Origin: Felis catus
Lineage: Eukaryota
Direction of reading: 5' to 3'
DNA length: 64,000 nt
Assembly (NCBI RefSeq): GCF_018350175.1
Contig: NC_058377.1
Coordinates: 104,842,001 to 104,906,000, forward strand
Below are positions 62,402 to 64,000 of the stretch, in pieces. Under the pieces are notes generated by a model that was not told the DNA's origin, did not search any database, and worked only from the letters and a program-made list of their open reading frames with translations. The position numbers and the translations under genes are program-made. The stretch's first letter is position 1. Every line of letters starts with the position of its first letter.

Positions 62402-62629
62402 CCCCTCCCCGCCTGCCCAGCCTGCCCGGCCCAACACCATCGGCCGCCAGCCCCGGCAGCCTCCTGCCCACCCTCTGGTGCTCGCTGATCCAAGTCCCCC
62501 GCCTGGTCACTCGAATGGACTCCCACCCAGGCCCCCTCTGCCCTGCCCCCCCCATCATGGACCATGCTCGTGAGGAAGGGCTTATGCCCCTTATTTATGG
62601 GAACCATTTCATCCTAATGTCGGGTACAG

Positions 62630-62635
62630 AATAAA
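62630..62635 (+). terminator. TMEM132A poly(A) signal AATAAA
   Basis: About 230 nt after the stop codon. Confidence 0.8.
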
Positions 62636-62718
62636 CTCAAGGAACCCCCACCTGGGACTGCTGCTGTCTGTGTCCTGGGGGGAGAAGCGAGGGGTCGGGG
62701 GGGAGGGGGGCGGCGTGC

Positions 62719-63484
62719 TCAGCCCCTATCCCTGCTGGGACAGCTTTGAGAGACGTGGCCCTGAGCTGCCCTCTCGTAGCGACCAGCGATCCAGATAAAC
62801 AGGAGGGCCGTGGCGGCCTGGATGCTGGCCAGGAGGAAAAAGTAGAGGTCCATTCGGCAATTGTTGATGTTCCCTGGGGAAAAGGAGGGGTTGGCATTTG
62901 GGTTGGGTCGGGCAGGGCTCCCCTGGGACTGGCCGCTGAGAAGGTGTGGGCAGTGGGCTGGCAGACAGCCCTCTAGCATCTGGCCTGTTTCCTGTGGCTT
63001 CTGTAACTCCCTGGTCGCTAGCTATTCTTTACGGGGCTTCAAACACCCAACACAACAGGGAAAGGTGGCCCTTCAGCCACAATGACAGACTTCCAGATGC
63101 AGGAAGGAGCCTTGGAGGACTGCTGAGTACACGGGTTCCTTTTTGACAGTTAGGGAAACTGAGGCCCAACGTGGGGAAGCCACATTGTGGGCGACTGGCC
63201 AAGTCTGGGCTAGAACCCGGTTCTCCCGAGTCTAGCCTGCGAATTTTCATTCTGCCCGGGGTCAAGGCACTTAGCAGCTGCCACGACCCTTCTGAGCCTC
63301 CCACCCCCAGGGAGGGCCCCACACTCACCGAAGTCCTTGGGGCAGTACAGCCAGCCCCCTGGCAGTGACAGGAGTGCCACGAGGCTGGAGCCCAAGAGTG
63401 AGCCCACTCCTGACAGGCAGAAGAAGATGCCCATGATGGCACCCTGCATGGAGCGAGGAGCCTCCGAGTAGGCAAACTCCAGGC
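62719..63484 (-). CDS. SLC15A3: Solute carrier family 15 member 3 (PHT2), last two coding exons; the gene continues right of the window
   Basis: complement join(63329-63484,62719-62873): [52 protein letters not shown]|[36 protein letters not shown]...SRDRG*. This is a POT/PTR2-family C-terminus, and synteny agrees. Confidence 0.93.
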
Positions 63485-64000
63485 CTGCAGAGGGAGGGGG
63501 GGGATCAGGCCGGTGGAGAGGCAGAGACGGGGTCCGAGGCCCCCGGCCCACACTCAACAAGCCCCCACCCTGGCCTCCCTGGCAGGACTGCCCACTACGT
63601 GGCTAGGACAACACCCATGCACCACCGACCCCTTGCCTCCGCCCTGCCCTTCTGTTCCCCTCCACCTGGACGGCCCCACATTGCTCTGTCTCCCCTCCTC
63701 CTCTTCCCTCTGCCCTGGACCAAACTGCGGACGCGGTTATTTCCTGCCCAGCCTCTGCAAACGCCTCTTAAACTCCCCTGCCTCCTGCCTTCCTCCTCAC
63801 ACACTCAGATGGGTCTAAAACACGTCTAATGGGATCCTTTCCCTGCCAAAGTCTCCTACACTGGGGGATGTGTGTGTGAGACTATGGCCCCCAGGAGAAA
63901 CTTCAACATCCAGGTTTGGCCCTGCACCTGCCAGCCTTCCGGACACTCCCCACAAAGCTCAGCTCTTTGCCAATGCTGTTCCCCTGCCTGTGACCTCCTT

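Noticed and set aside
61865-62558. 191-210 aa ORFs antisense to the last TMEM132A exon, and the 265-aa ORF at 48040-48837
   Set aside because: Antisense shadows of GC-rich coding or UTR sequence, with no independent promoter or splice evidence.
1-64000. CRISPR arrays, operons, prokaryotic or viral systems, intact retroviral or L1 ORFs
   Set aside because: No regularly spaced repeat-spacer array and no gag/pol/env or transposase ORF. The window is ordinary mammalian gene-dense DNA.

Overview
Mammalian genomic DNA, GC-rich and intron-containing, carrying feliform-type CanSINEs, so most likely a cat or other feliform carnivore. The gene order matches the conserved block at human 11q12.2: PTGDR2 (CRTH2) non-coding exon 1 and promoter (-), ZP1 (+, 12 exons, intact, about 627 aa), PRPF19 (-, 16 exons, 504 aa), TMEM109 (+, 239 aa), TMEM132A (+, 11 exons, about 1018-1019 aa, with an N-gap in exon 3) and the last two exons of SLC15A3 (-). 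I built all exon chains by hand: every intron is GT-AG and phases are consistent. Almost all other ORFs in the six-frame track are GC-rich shadow or repeat ORFs. I found no convincing new gene or new biological system. The most notable details are a frameshifted ZP1 tail whose stop codon sits inside the poly(A) signal, tail-to-tail overlapping TMEM132A/SLC15A3 3' ends, a double palindrome fused to an RFX X-box in TMEM132A intron 1, tandem X-boxes in TMEM109 intron 1, microsatellites built into splice acceptors, and Z-DNA-prone tracts. Comparisons with human sequences and repeat consensuses are from memory and need alignment to confirm.
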